Assembly (NCBI GenBank): GCA_031372565.1
Contig: JANMLN010000124.1
Location: 15,684 to 79,683 of the forward strand
Source: Gemmatimonadota bacterium
GTDB taxonomy: Bacteria > Gemmatimonadota > Gemmatimonadetes > Gemmatimonadales > Gemmatimonadaceae
Length of the DNA: 64,000 bases
Direction: 5' to 3'
Shown here piece after piece: positions 8,296-17,021 of this stretch. The translations under genes were made by a program, and so were the position numbers. The notes under the pieces are model-generated. The model was given only the letters and a program-made list of their open reading frames with translations, did no database searches and had not been told where the DNA came from. Numbering within the stretch: position 1 is the stretch's first letter; each line of letters begins with the position of its first letter.

Positions 8296-9636
8296 TCAGC
8301 GGGCGCGCGTCTTCCAAATGTACATCGGCACCCCGAGCGCAACGACCGCAGCACCCCACGTGATCGTTTCGCGACCGACGCTCGCGATGGCCCACAGCAC
8401 GAACAGCGTGGCGCCGATGCCGACCACGAGCATGCGCGGTCGATCGCGCTCCGGGACGATGCGACCGGGACGCGCACTCAACACGATGACCGACACGGTG
8501 GTCGCGAGGTACGCGAGCAACACGCTGAAGTTGGCCATCAACACGAGCTTCTCGAACGCTTGCAGCAGCGACTGGCTGAAGTAGGTGAACAACCCGGCCG
8601 ATGCGAACGCGGTCCCGACCCACAGTCCCACGTACGGCGTGCCGTGGCGCGGATGCACGCGCGCAAACACCGCCGGAAAGACGCCGTCCTGCGCGGCACC
8701 GAACGGCACGCGACCGAGCAACAGCGTCCAGCCGTTGAGGCACGCCACGGCCGTGCCGACCCCCAGCACCGCCACCGCCGTACTCGCCCACGGTCCGAGG
8801 GCGTGCTCCAGCACCGCCGCGAGCGGTCGCGCCGTGGCCGCGATCTCTGCACTCGGCAACACACCGATCACGACCACGGCTGCGAGCACGAACATCCCCG
8901 CGGCGATCGCGAAGCCGATGCGCGTCCCACGGCGGATCACCCCGTGATCGCCCTGCACCTCCTCGGCCGCCACCGTCGCCGATTCGACGCCCGCGAAGGC
9001 CCACACGAGCAGCGCGACGCCACCGCCGAGCGCACCCACGCCCTTGGGCGCGAAGGGGTGGAAGTTCTCGAGCCGCACGCTGGGCAGGGCCAGCAGCAGC
9101 AGCACGAACGGCACGATGTTGAGCACGAGGAGCAGCTGCTGCACACGGCCGCTCTCGCGGACGCCGCGCACGTTGAGCCAGGCCGCGCCCCAGAGCAGCC
9201 CCTGCGCCGCGAGGAAGCGCAGCAGCGGACTCTGGTCGAGCGCGGGGATGAAGAAGCCGAGGTAGGCGACCACGCCGGTGGCGATGGCGACGTTGCCGAC
9301 CCAGACCGTAAGCCAGTAGCACCAGGCCGTCTCGAAGGCGGTGAAGCGCCCGAGGGCCACCTCGGCGAAGACGTACGGGCCGCCGGTCCGCGGGAAGCGC
9401 GGTCCGAGTTCGGCGAACGTTTCGGCGATCAGCCAGAAGCCGAGCGCTGCGAGGAGCCACGCCACGAGCCCCAGAGGGCCCACAGAGGCCGCCACGGCGG
9501 CCGGGAGGGTGTAGAGTGCGGTTCCGAGCTGATTGCCCACCACGAGGGCAATGAGCGCTCCGAGCGGCAGGCCGCGCCGCAGCTGCGGCGCGGGAGCGGG
9601 CGAGGCGACGGCGTCGGCCGTCGCTACTCGATCCAA
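8296..9636 (-). CDS. APC family amino acid permease
   Basis: About 12 TM; ELG.RFP.TGGPY, WAFAGVES, A.DGVFP.VF..VHPRHGTP; start uncertain (TTG 9636). Confidence 0.88.
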   Translation of the reverse strand: MDRVATADAVASPAPAPQLRRGLPLGALIALVVGNQLGTALYTLPAAVAASVGPLGLVAWLLAALGFWLIAETFAELGPRFPRTGGPYVFAEVALGRFTAFETAWCYWLTVWVGNVAIATGVVAYLGFFIPALDQSPLLRFLAAQGLLWGAAWLNVRGVRESGRVQQLLLVLNIVPFVLLLLALPSVRLENFHPFAPKGVGALGGGVALLVWAFAGVESATVAAEEVQGDHGVIRRGTRIGFAIAAGMFVLAAVVVIGVLPSAEIAATARPLAAVLEHALGPWASTAVAVLGVGTAVACLNGWTLLLGRVPFGAAQDGVFPAVFARVHPRHGTPYVGLWVGTAFASAGLFTYFSQSLLQAFEKLVLMANFSVLLAYLATTVSVIVLSARPGRIVPERDRPRMLVVGIGATLFVLWAIASVGRETITWGAAVVALGVPMYIWKTRAR

Positions 9637-10421
9637 TGCCCGATCCGTCGCCAGCGGATATCGGTCAGGAAGGGAAGCGCGCGGTCGCTTTCGGCGTCCC
9701 ACGAGTAGTACACGAAGAGGGGCCGCCCGCGGATGTTCGCGCGGGGCACGGGGCCCCAGTAGCGGCCATCCTTCGAGTTGTAGCGATTGTCGCCGAGCAT
9801 CAGGTAGTGGCCGGCGGGCACGATGAGCGGCCCCCAGTTGTCATGGGTCGGCGAGGCGGGCGGCGGCCCGAAGCGCGAGCCGGTGATCTCGGCAGCCTTC
9901 TGCCAGGCGTAGAGCGGATTCACTTCGGTGCCGTCGCCGACCGGATTGTTCGACGCGAACCCCTGCCGCTGCGCGACGCCGTTGAGGTGGAAGAGGCCAT
10001 CGCGCATGTAGACCGTGTCGCCACCGACGGCCACGAGCCGCTTCACCAGGGTCGGGGTCGCGTCCCACGGCTGGTCGATCTGCGGGGGCGACTCGAAGAC
10101 GACGACATCGCCGCGCTCCGGCTCGGCGTAGCCCGGCAGGTTGATCTTCGTGAACGGGATGTGCGGTCCGAAGCGGAGCTTGTTCACGAACAGCCAGTCG
10201 CCGATGAGCAGCGTGGGCTCCATGCTCCCCGAGGGAATGCGATATGCCTCGACGAGGAAGATGCGCAGGCAGAAGAAGACGATGAGCACCGAGCCGACCG
10301 ACTTGATGAACTCGATGGCCTTGCTGCGCAGCGTGGCGGATGCGCCGCTGCCCCCGCTGCGCACCTGCGCGACGACGGATTCGGACGAGGGAGCTTTCGG
10401 CGACTTCTTCTTGCGGGCCAC
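9624..10421 (-). CDS. lepB: Signal peptidase I
   Basis: IPSGSMEPTL (catalytic Ser), LVKRL (Lys), MLGDNRYNSKDGRYWG. Confidence 0.95.
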   Translation of the reverse strand: MARKKKSPKAPSSESVVAQVRSGGSGASATLRSKAIEFIKSVGSVLIVFFCLRIFLVEAYRIPSGSMEPTLLIGDWLFVNKLRFGPHIPFTKINLPGYAEPERGDVVVFESPPQIDQPWDATPTLVKRLVAVGGDTVYMRDGLFHLNGVAQRQGFASNNPVGDGTEVNPLYAWQKAAEITGSRFGPPPASPTHDNWGPLIVPAGHYLMLGDNRYNSKDGRYWGPVPRANIRGRPLFVYYSWDAESDRALPFLTDIRWRRIGHWIE

Positions 10422-10493
10422 GGGCAGATGGGGGTGAGCGGGAGCGCGAAAGTTCCTGTGCCGCACGGGCGGCGGGCAAGGGTCCGTACGCAA

Positions 10494-10527
10494 CGAGGGG
10501 GCGCGCCGTTTCGGGCGTGCCCCCTCG
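10494..10527 (-). terminator. Hairpin downstream of the SWIB gene
   Basis: CGAGGGGGCGCGCC / GGCGTGCCCCCTCG inverted repeat. Confidence 0.5.
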
Positions 10528-10547
10528 CCGTACCGCCGGAGCGGTGC

Positions 10548-10883
10548 TTACGACAGGTGCTTGCTGACGAGCTTGGTCATCTCGAACATGTTGACGACGT
10601 CCTTCTTGAAGATCGGCTTGAGCTTGTCGTCGGCGTGGATGTTGCGCTTCATCTTCTTGTCCTGCAGCGCGTTCTTCTTGATGTACGCCCACAGCTTCTT
10701 GGTGACCTCGGTGCGCGGCATCGGCTTGTCGCCGACGACCGCGGCAAGCGCGGCGCTCGGCGTGACCGGCTTCATGAACGCGGCGTTCGGCTTACGCTTC
10801 GCCGCCTTCTTCACGACCTTCTTGATCGCCTTCTTCGCGACCTTCTTGGTCGCCTTCTTTGCGGCCTTCTTCTTGGCAGCCAT
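10548..10883 (-). CDS. SWIB/MDM2 domain protein with Lys/Ala-rich histone H1-like N-terminus
   Basis: MAAKKKAAKKATKK...; PNAAFMKP, PRTEVTKKLWAYIKKN.LQD, NMFEMTKLVSKHL. Confidence 0.92.
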   Translation of the reverse strand: MAAKKKAAKKATKKVAKKAIKKVVKKAAKRKPNAAFMKPVTPSAALAAVVGDKPMPRTEVTKKLWAYIKKNALQDKKMKRNIHADDKLKPIFKKDVVNMFEMTKLVSKHLS

Positions 10884-11137
10884 CAGAGCCTCTCCGTTGT
10901 GAAGTTCGTGTCTCCGAGCAAGTACCACTGACGCGCACAAGCTTATTGCGCCAGCCAGCCCGCGCAATAGGCAGTTTCTCCTCTGTGGCAGGGGAGCGCC
11001 CCCCGGGAGAAGCCCGGAGCGCACGCCAGCATGTGCGCGGTGTCACCCTTGAGACGAGCCGCCCCTGCCCTGCGCAACCTTGCCTGGAAGCACGTTCTCC
11101 CTCTGGAAAGGTGCGCCACGCGTGCGGCGCGCACCGC

Positions 11138-12037
11138 TCAGCCCGCGAGCTCCCGCAGCAGGGCGAGCATCCGCAGATCGTGCGGATCGGGGGTGTCATC
11201 GGCGTCACTCTCGGGTTCGCGCGCATTGGGCGTTTCGAGAATGAGCGGCACGCCCCGGGTGCGCGGGTCCGCCAACAGCCAGCGAAACGGCTCGATGCCG
11301 ATCGTCCCCTCACCGATGAGCATGTGGCGGTCCTTGTTCGACGCCAGCGCCCCCTGCGAGTCGTTCAGGTGGAAGAAGCCGGGCGGCTCCCCGGTGGCGC
11401 GCTCGAACTCGTCGAGAATGGCCGTCACCGCCGCCGGCCCCGCGCCGAGGTCGTGCCCGCTCGCGTAGAGGTGGCAGGTGTCCAGTCCGTAGCCGGTGCG
11501 TGCCCGCAGCGCGGCCGGCACATGCTGCAGCATGAGCGCGATCTCGTCGGCGGTGCGGCCCATCGTGTGCCCCGCGCCGGCGGTGTTCTCGATGAGCAGC
11601 CGCGTGGGTCCGGCCGGCACCGCGGTGAGCGCCTGCGTGATGGCCGCCCCCGTGCGCGCGCAGGCCTCGTCACGACTCGACGCACCGGCGCTTCCCGGGT
11701 GAAAACAGACCGCCCCGACGCCGTACGCACTCGACCGCTCGAACTCCTTGGCCAGCGCGGCTGCGGCCTTGGCCGCCTTCTCCGGCTCCGGCGACGCCGT
11801 GTTGAGCACGTAGCCCGCGTGCACCACGACGAAGCGCGGCTCGATGCCGGCCGCATCGAGCGCCGCACGGAACGCCGCGGCCTTGTCGGGCTTCACCCCC
11901 GCCTTCTCGTTGTAGAAGGTCGGCTTGGCGGTGAACAGCTGCAGCGCCTGCATCCCGGCCGTCCCGGCGCGGCGCGCCGCCATGGCAGGGCCGCCTGCAT
12001 CGGCCGTATGCGCGCCGAAGTGGTGCGACGCGCTCAC
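11138..12037 (-). CDS. nfo: Endonuclease IV (AP endonuclease 2)
   Basis: GAH, VHAGY.LN, FHPGS, IENTAG, DTCHLYASG, HLNDS, DRH, LETP. Confidence 0.93.
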   Translation of the reverse strand: MSASHHFGAHTADAGGPAMAARRAGTAGMQALQLFTAKPTFYNEKAGVKPDKAAAFRAALDAAGIEPRFVVVHAGYVLNTASPEPEKAAKAAAALAKEFERSSAYGVGAVCFHPGSAGASSRDEACARTGAAITQALTAVPAGPTRLLIENTAGAGHTMGRTADEIALMLQHVPAALRARTGYGLDTCHLYASGHDLGAGPAAVTAILDEFERATGEPPGFFHLNDSQGALASNKDRHMLIGEGTIGIEPFRWLLADPRTRGVPLILETPNAREPESDADDTPDPHDLRMLALLRELAG

Positions 12038-12726
12038 GGAGCGTTCGGGTCCGTGACGGGGGTACCGGAGAGATCGATCATCCGTTCGCCATAGGCATAC
12101 TCCACCGATCGCGGGCGCTCGAGCGAGTTGAGCCGCTTGGTGACGACGGCAATCCGGTTCGCCTGCTCCGCCACGACGGCCAGCGCCTCGGGCACTTCGT
12201 GCGGCTCGTAGAGCCCCTGCTGGATCAGCCCCACGACCGACAGCAGCGCCGCGAGCGGGTTGTTGATCTCGTGCTGCACGGCAATCGCCGTTTCGCCAAT
12301 GCCGGCCAGGTAGCGCGCCTCGGTGAGTGCGTGCTCGGCGCGACGGCGCGTCTCTTCGGCCGCGATGCGCCGTTCGGCGATGCGCAGCCGCGTGAGGAAC
12401 ACCTGCGGGGTCAGCGGCTTCGAGACGTAGTCGTCGGCGCCGGCATCGAGCACGCGCGCGAGGTCGTCGGTGCTGTCCTTCGCGGTCACCATGAGGATGA
12501 ACGACGTGCGGTCGGGATCCTTGAGGCGAATGCGACGACAGACTTCGTCGCCCTCGACCTTGGGCATCACCCAGTCAAGGATCACCAGCTCGTGATGGCG
12601 CGCCTGCCACGCATCCCACGCGGCCTGCCCGTCGTGCACCACTTCCGCCTCGTGCCCAGCCGCCTCGAGGAGGGTGCTGAGCAGGAGGCGCATCATCTCG
12701 TCGTCGTCGGCATAGAGGACCCGCAT
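12034..12726 (-). CDS. Response regulator receiver fused to HisKA-like domain (no HATPase)
   Basis: MRVLYADDD...LDWVMP...GADDYVSKP, then HEINNPL; no N/G1/F/G2 boxes. Confidence 0.85.
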   Translation of the reverse strand: MRVLYADDDEMMRLLLSTLLEAAGHEAEVVHDGQAAWDAWQARHHELVILDWVMPKVEGDEVCRRIRLKDPDRTSFILMVTAKDSTDDLARVLDAGADDYVSKPLTPQVFLTRLRIAERRIAAEETRRRAEHALTEARYLAGIGETAIAVQHEINNPLAALLSVVGLIQQGLYEPHEVPEALAVVAEQANRIAVVTKRLNSLERPRSVEYAYGERMIDLSGTPVTDPNAP

Positions 12727-12857
12727 GCGCACAAATATGCAGAATGCGCGGCGCGTGGCGAGGGCGCGGCGCACAACCCCTGCGAGTCGCTCGCCCCGCC
12801 GATAGCTTCCGTGGCCATGGAGTGTGCGTGATGCCGCTCCCGTTGCCCCGCCCGGCC

Positions 12858-14567
12858 ATGACTGCCACCGCGCCCGCCGCCTCCTCGCGCGCCGCCTCCA
12901 ATGGCGCCGCTGCTTCGCCCGCGTCCACGCCGCCGCTGCCCGGCTTCACCGGCGTGCGCCGCGTGCCCACCGCGATCAACGAGCCGATCAAGGCGTACGC
13001 GCCCGGCTCCCCCGAGCGTACCGAACTCAAGGCGCGGCTCGCGAGCATGAGCACCGAGCGCCCCGACATTCCGGCGATCATCGGCGGCGAGGAAGTGCGC
13101 GTCGGCGCGGCACAGCGCGTCACCATGCCGCACGCGCACCAGCACGTGCTGGCCGACTGGCACCTGGGCGGCGCGGCGCAGGCGACGCTGGCCATCGAGC
13201 GGGCACTCGCCGCGCGCGCCGAGTGGGCGGACTGGAGCTGGGAAGATCGTGCCGCCGTGTTCCTCCGTGCGGCGGACCTGCTGTGCGGCCCGTGGCGGGC
13301 CACGCTCAACGCGGCCACGATGCTCGGCCAATCCAAGAATGTCTTCCAGGCGGAGATCGACGCGGCCTGCGAGATGGCCGACTTCTTCCGCTTCAACGCG
13401 ATGTTCGCGCAGCAGATCTACGAGGAGCAGCCGGTCGCGGCACCGGGCGCGTGGAACGCGATGGACTACCGCGCGCTCGAGGGATTCGTGTACGCCGTGT
13501 CGCCGTTCAACTTCACGGCCATCGGGGGCAACCTGCCGACGTCGGCAGCGCTCATGGGCAACGTGGTGCTCTGGAAGCCGTCGAACGCGGCCATGCTCTC
13601 GTCGTACTACACGATCAAGCTGCTCGAAGCGGCGGGGCTGCCACCGGGGGTGATCAACTTCGTGCCGGGCGATCCGGTCGAGATCTCGAAAGTCGCGCTC
13701 GCGCACCGCGAGTTGGCGGGGGTGCACTTCACCGGCAGCACGACCGTGTTCAACTCGATGTGGGAGACGATCGGCCGCAACATGGGGTCGTACGCCTCGT
13801 ACCCGCGCATCGTGGGCGAAACGGGAGGCAAGGACTTCATCCTCGCGCACCCGAGCGCCGATCCGCAGGTGGTGGCCGTGGCCGCGGTGCGCGGCGCCTA
13901 CGAGTACCAGGGGCAGAAGTGTTCGGCGGCCTCGCGGCTGTACGTCCCCAGGTCGCTCTGGCCGAAGGTCAAGGAGGCGATGGCCGCGATGATCGCCGAC
14001 ATCAAGATGGGCGACACGCGCGACTTCCGGAATTTCATGGGCGCCGTGATCGACAAGCGCGCGCACGACCGGATCAGCGGCTACCTCGCCGATGCCAAGG
14101 CGAATGCGACGATCGTGGCCGGGGGCGTGGCCGACGCAAGCACCGGCTGGTTCGTGCAGCCCACGCTCGTCGAAGCGAAGACGCCGGACTATCGCCTGAT
14201 GTGCGAGGAGATCTTCGGCCCGATCCTCACCGCGTACGTGTACGACGACGCCAAGTGGCACGAGACGCTCGGCGTGATCGACCGGACGTCGCCGTACGCG
14301 CTGACGGGCGCGGTCATTTCGCAGGATCGTGCCGCCCTGGGCGAAGCGACGCACGCGCTGCGCAACGCGGCCGGCAACTTCTACCTGAACGACAAGTGCA
14401 CCGGCGCGGTGGTCGGGCAGCAGCCGTTCGGTGGTGCACGTGCGAGCGGCACGAACGACAAGGCGGGCTCCAAGTGGAACCTCATGCGCTGGGTGAGTCC
14501 GCGCACGATCAAGGAGACCTTCGTGCCGGCCACGCAGTACACCTACCCGCACATGGCGGCCGAGTAA
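12858..14567 (+). CDS. pruA: L-glutamate gamma-semialdehyde (P5C) dehydrogenase
   Basis: SPFNFTAIG, FTGST, GETGGKDF, EYQGQKCSA, EEIFGP, NDKCTGAVVGQQPFGG. Confidence 0.95.
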   Translation: MTATAPAASSRAASNGAAASPASTPPLPGFTGVRRVPTAINEPIKAYAPGSPERTELKARLASMSTERPDIPAIIGGEEVRVGAAQRVTMPHAHQHVLADWHLGGAAQATLAIERALAARAEWADWSWEDRAAVFLRAADLLCGPWRATLNAATMLGQSKNVFQAEIDAACEMADFFRFNAMFAQQIYEEQPVAAPGAWNAMDYRALEGFVYAVSPFNFTAIGGNLPTSAALMGNVVLWKPSNAAMLSSYYTIKLLEAAGLPPGVINFVPGDPVEISKVALAHRELAGVHFTGSTTVFNSMWETIGRNMGSYASYPRIVGETGGKDFILAHPSADPQVVAVAAVRGAYEYQGQKCSAASRLYVPRSLWPKVKEAMAAMIADIKMGDTRDFRNFMGAVIDKRAHDRISGYLADAKANATIVAGGVADASTGWFVQPTLVEAKTPDYRLMCEEIFGPILTAYVYDDAKWHETLGVIDRTSPYALTGAVISQDRAALGEATHALRNAAGNFYLNDKCTGAVVGQQPFGGARASGTNDKAGSKWNLMRWVSPRTIKETFVPATQYTYPHMAAE

Positions 14568-15473
14568 GTGGAGTATCGCTTCATCACGGCCGACGTCTTC
14601 ACGACGGTCGCGTTCGGGGGGAACCAGCTCGCGGTGCTCCCCGATGCGCGCGGCCTGACGACGGAGCAGATGCTCGCGATCACCCGCGAGTTCAACTACT
14701 CCGAGACGGTGTTCGTGCTGCCGCCGGAGCAGGGGGGCACGAAGCGACTGCGCATCTTCACGCCGGGCACGGAGATGCCGTTCGCGGGGCACCCGACCGT
14801 GGGCGCGGCGCATGTCCTCGCGACCACCGGCGACATCACGCTCACGGGGGCCGAGACGAAGATCGTGTTCGAGGAAGGGATCGGTCCCGTCCCGGTGACG
14901 ATCCGCGCGGAGAACGGGGTGGTGACGTTCGCGCAGCTCTCTGCGGCCAAACTCCCCGAGTTCGGTCCGCCGCCGCCGACGCGGCAGACGCTGGCCGAGA
15001 TGCTCTCGCTCGAGACGGACGATCTCGCGGGCGGGACGAGCCAGCCGCAGGCCGTGTCGTGCGGTGTGCCGTTTCTGTTCGTGCCGCTCAAGAATCGCGA
15101 CGCGGTCGCGCGCTCGCGGGTACGCCTCGACAAGTGGGAGCCGGTGCTGTCGCGCTGGTGGGCGTCGTCGATCGTGGTCTTCTCACGCGACGCCGAGCAG
15201 CCCGGTCACGACGTGCGAGCGCGCATGTACGGCCCTGGACTGGGCGTGGCCGAGGATCCCGCCACCGGCGGCGCCGCGGTGGCGCTCGCGGGCTACCTCG
15301 CCTCGCGCGACAGCACCGCGGACGGCACGCTCCGCTGGGTGATCGAGCAAGGGTTCGAGATGGGGCGCCCGAGCATTCTCGAGATCGAGGCCGACAAAGT
15401 GAAGGGGCAGATCACCGCGGTGCGCGTCGGTGGGTCGAGCGTGCTGATGATGGAAGGGACGCTGCGCGTGTAA
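14568..15473 (+). CDS. PhzF family isomerase
   Basis: DVFT...GGNQLAV, NYSETVF, RIFTP..EMPFAGHPT, EDPATG, EQGFEMGRPS. Confidence 0.93.
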   Translation: MEYRFITADVFTTVAFGGNQLAVLPDARGLTTEQMLAITREFNYSETVFVLPPEQGGTKRLRIFTPGTEMPFAGHPTVGAAHVLATTGDITLTGAETKIVFEEGIGPVPVTIRAENGVVTFAQLSAAKLPEFGPPPPTRQTLAEMLSLETDDLAGGTSQPQAVSCGVPFLFVPLKNRDAVARSRVRLDKWEPVLSRWWASSIVVFSRDAEQPGHDVRARMYGPGLGVAEDPATGGAAVALAGYLASRDSTADGTLRWVIEQGFEMGRPSILEIEADKVKGQITAVRVGGSSVLMMEGTLRV

Positions 15474-15491
15474 GTCGCCCGGTCGCCGCTG

Positions 15492-16724
15492 CTACTTGGC
15501 GGCGCCCACCGGGATCACCGCAGTCTTGACGCGCTGCGTGAGCGGATCCGCCCACACGATCATCGCCTCGTCGCCGCGCACCACGATGCGCGCGAAGCCG
15601 CTCGCCCGTTTGCCCCCCGCGAGCTTTGCCAGGTCCATCGCGGGTCCCTTCACGCCGGCCGCACTCACGCGCCGCAGTCGCAGCGCGCTCGTGTCGCCGC
15701 GCGTCTCGATCCACCCGACCAGCGCATCACCCGCAGCGGTGAGCCCCAGTGACACGCGTCCCTCGGGACGCCCCTCGTGCACCTCGACCGGCGGGCCAAA
15801 GGTCTTGCCCGTATCCTGCGAGAAGGCGAGCCGCACGTGCGGCGTATCGTTTGGCGCGGTGAACCAGGCCAGCGCCACCGTGCCGCCCTGCGCCGCGATG
15901 CTCGGCCCGTTCACGGGGCAGCCCCGGATGACCCAGTTGTCCTTGTGCACGGGCACGCCAGGGTCGACAACCGTGCCGGTGATGCGCTGCACGTAGATGT
16001 CGCGTACCTCGCCGGCGGATCGGTCGCGGTAGGCGACGACGGCCACGCCGCGTGCATTCGTGGCAGCCGCCGTCTGACAGCAGTCGCAGATGCGCGTATC
16101 GATCGGGAACTCCGGGCTCGCGGCGCCCGTGGAATCGAGCGTCGAATACATGAGCTGCGTTTCGTGCCGGCTGCTGTCGGCCAGCGCATAGTTGCGCCCG
16201 TCGAGCCAGATGAGCCCGAGGCCATCGTCCTTCGGGAAGAACGACACGAACCCGTGCTCGGCCGCGATGCCGTCGTGGTGCACGGGGACGCTCGCACTCC
16301 AGGTGGCACCCGCATCGGTCGACGACGCCAGCATCAGGTCGTAGCCCTCCTTCACGCTCGACCCGCGCAGCCAGCCCGCCACCACGCGCCCGCTCGCCGT
16401 TTCCGCCGTGCGCGGGATGTCGGCCCAATTCACCAGCAGATCGTTCGACCGGACCACCTCGCGCACGGGCCCCCACTGCCCGCGCTCGTGGGCCGCGACC
16501 TTGAGCGCGACGGTCGAGTCCGCAGCACGCTCGAGCCACGAGAGCCAGACCCGGCCGTCGCGACCGAGCGACAGACTCGGCTGCGCACTCCCGACGGGAG
16601 CGGGGTTGTCGAGCATCGTCGGCGCGGGCACGGGCGGTCGATCGCCGCAACTCGTAACGATCAGGCAACCCACCGTCACGCGACAGAACGTGACGATCGA
16701 CCGAGTTGACAATGACAGACGCAT
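15492..16724 (-). CDS. BNR/sialidase-like beta-propeller lipoprotein
   Basis: Lipobox-like VTSC; Asp-box S.DAGATW and SQDTGKTF; NWAD.P, EHGFVS, CDCC, GCPVNGP. Confidence 0.8.
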   Translation of the reverse strand: MRLSLSTRSIVTFCRVTVGCLIVTSCGDRPPVPAPTMLDNPAPVGSAQPSLSLGRDGRVWLSWLERAADSTVALKVAAHERGQWGPVREVVRSNDLLVNWADIPRTAETASGRVVAGWLRGSSVKEGYDLMLASSTDAGATWSASVPVHHDGIAAEHGFVSFFPKDDGLGLIWLDGRNYALADSSRHETQLMYSTLDSTGAASPEFPIDTRICDCCQTAAATNARGVAVVAYRDRSAGEVRDIYVQRITGTVVDPGVPVHKDNWVIRGCPVNGPSIAAQGGTVALAWFTAPNDTPHVRLAFSQDTGKTFGPPVEVHEGRPEGRVSLGLTAAGDALVGWIETRGDTSALRLRRVSAAGVKGPAMDLAKLAGGKRASGFARIVVRGDEAMIVWADPLTQRVKTAVIPVGAAK

Positions 16725-16961
16725 CGGAACGAGGGCAGAATGTGGTGAACGTGCAACAGTGCGATGAGACAATATGCCACGTTCGTGAGGCCATGGCCTG
16801 TGTACGCGCCTCGTGAGCCCGCTCGAGCGACTGCGGCCCGATGTTTGCACTAGCTGTTCTGTGCAGTCTGCTCGTCGGACGGCAGTTGGTAAACGCACGG
16901 TCACAGACAGTCAGCGTGGGGCGTCGGGGCGGTTACCCGATGCGGGAGACCACGATGCAGA

Positions 16962-16994
16962 GCGGGGCGGGCCTCTGGTCGAGGTCCGCCCCGC
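16962..16994. terminator. Strong hairpin downstream of the outer-membrane protein gene
   Basis: GCGGGGCGGGCCTC / GAGGTCCGCCCCGC. Confidence 0.55.
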
Positions 16995-17021
16995 GTTCTG
17001 TTTGCCACCGGCCTGCGTGCG

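Noticed and set aside
10790..10880. CTTCTT-rich short repeats as a DNA repeat element
   Set aside because: Explained by Lys-Lys codons of the SWIB protein tail
10884..11137. Riboswitch or ncRNA upstream of the SWIB gene
   Set aside because: Only a short TATTGCGC/GCGCAATA hairpin; no recognisable RNA family
14568..15473. Phenazine biosynthesis cluster
   Set aside because: Lone PhzF-family gene; no other phz genes
12693..15529. 706-aa minus and 901-aa plus ORFs
   Set aside because: Antisense and alternate-frame shadows of pruA and the PhzF gene
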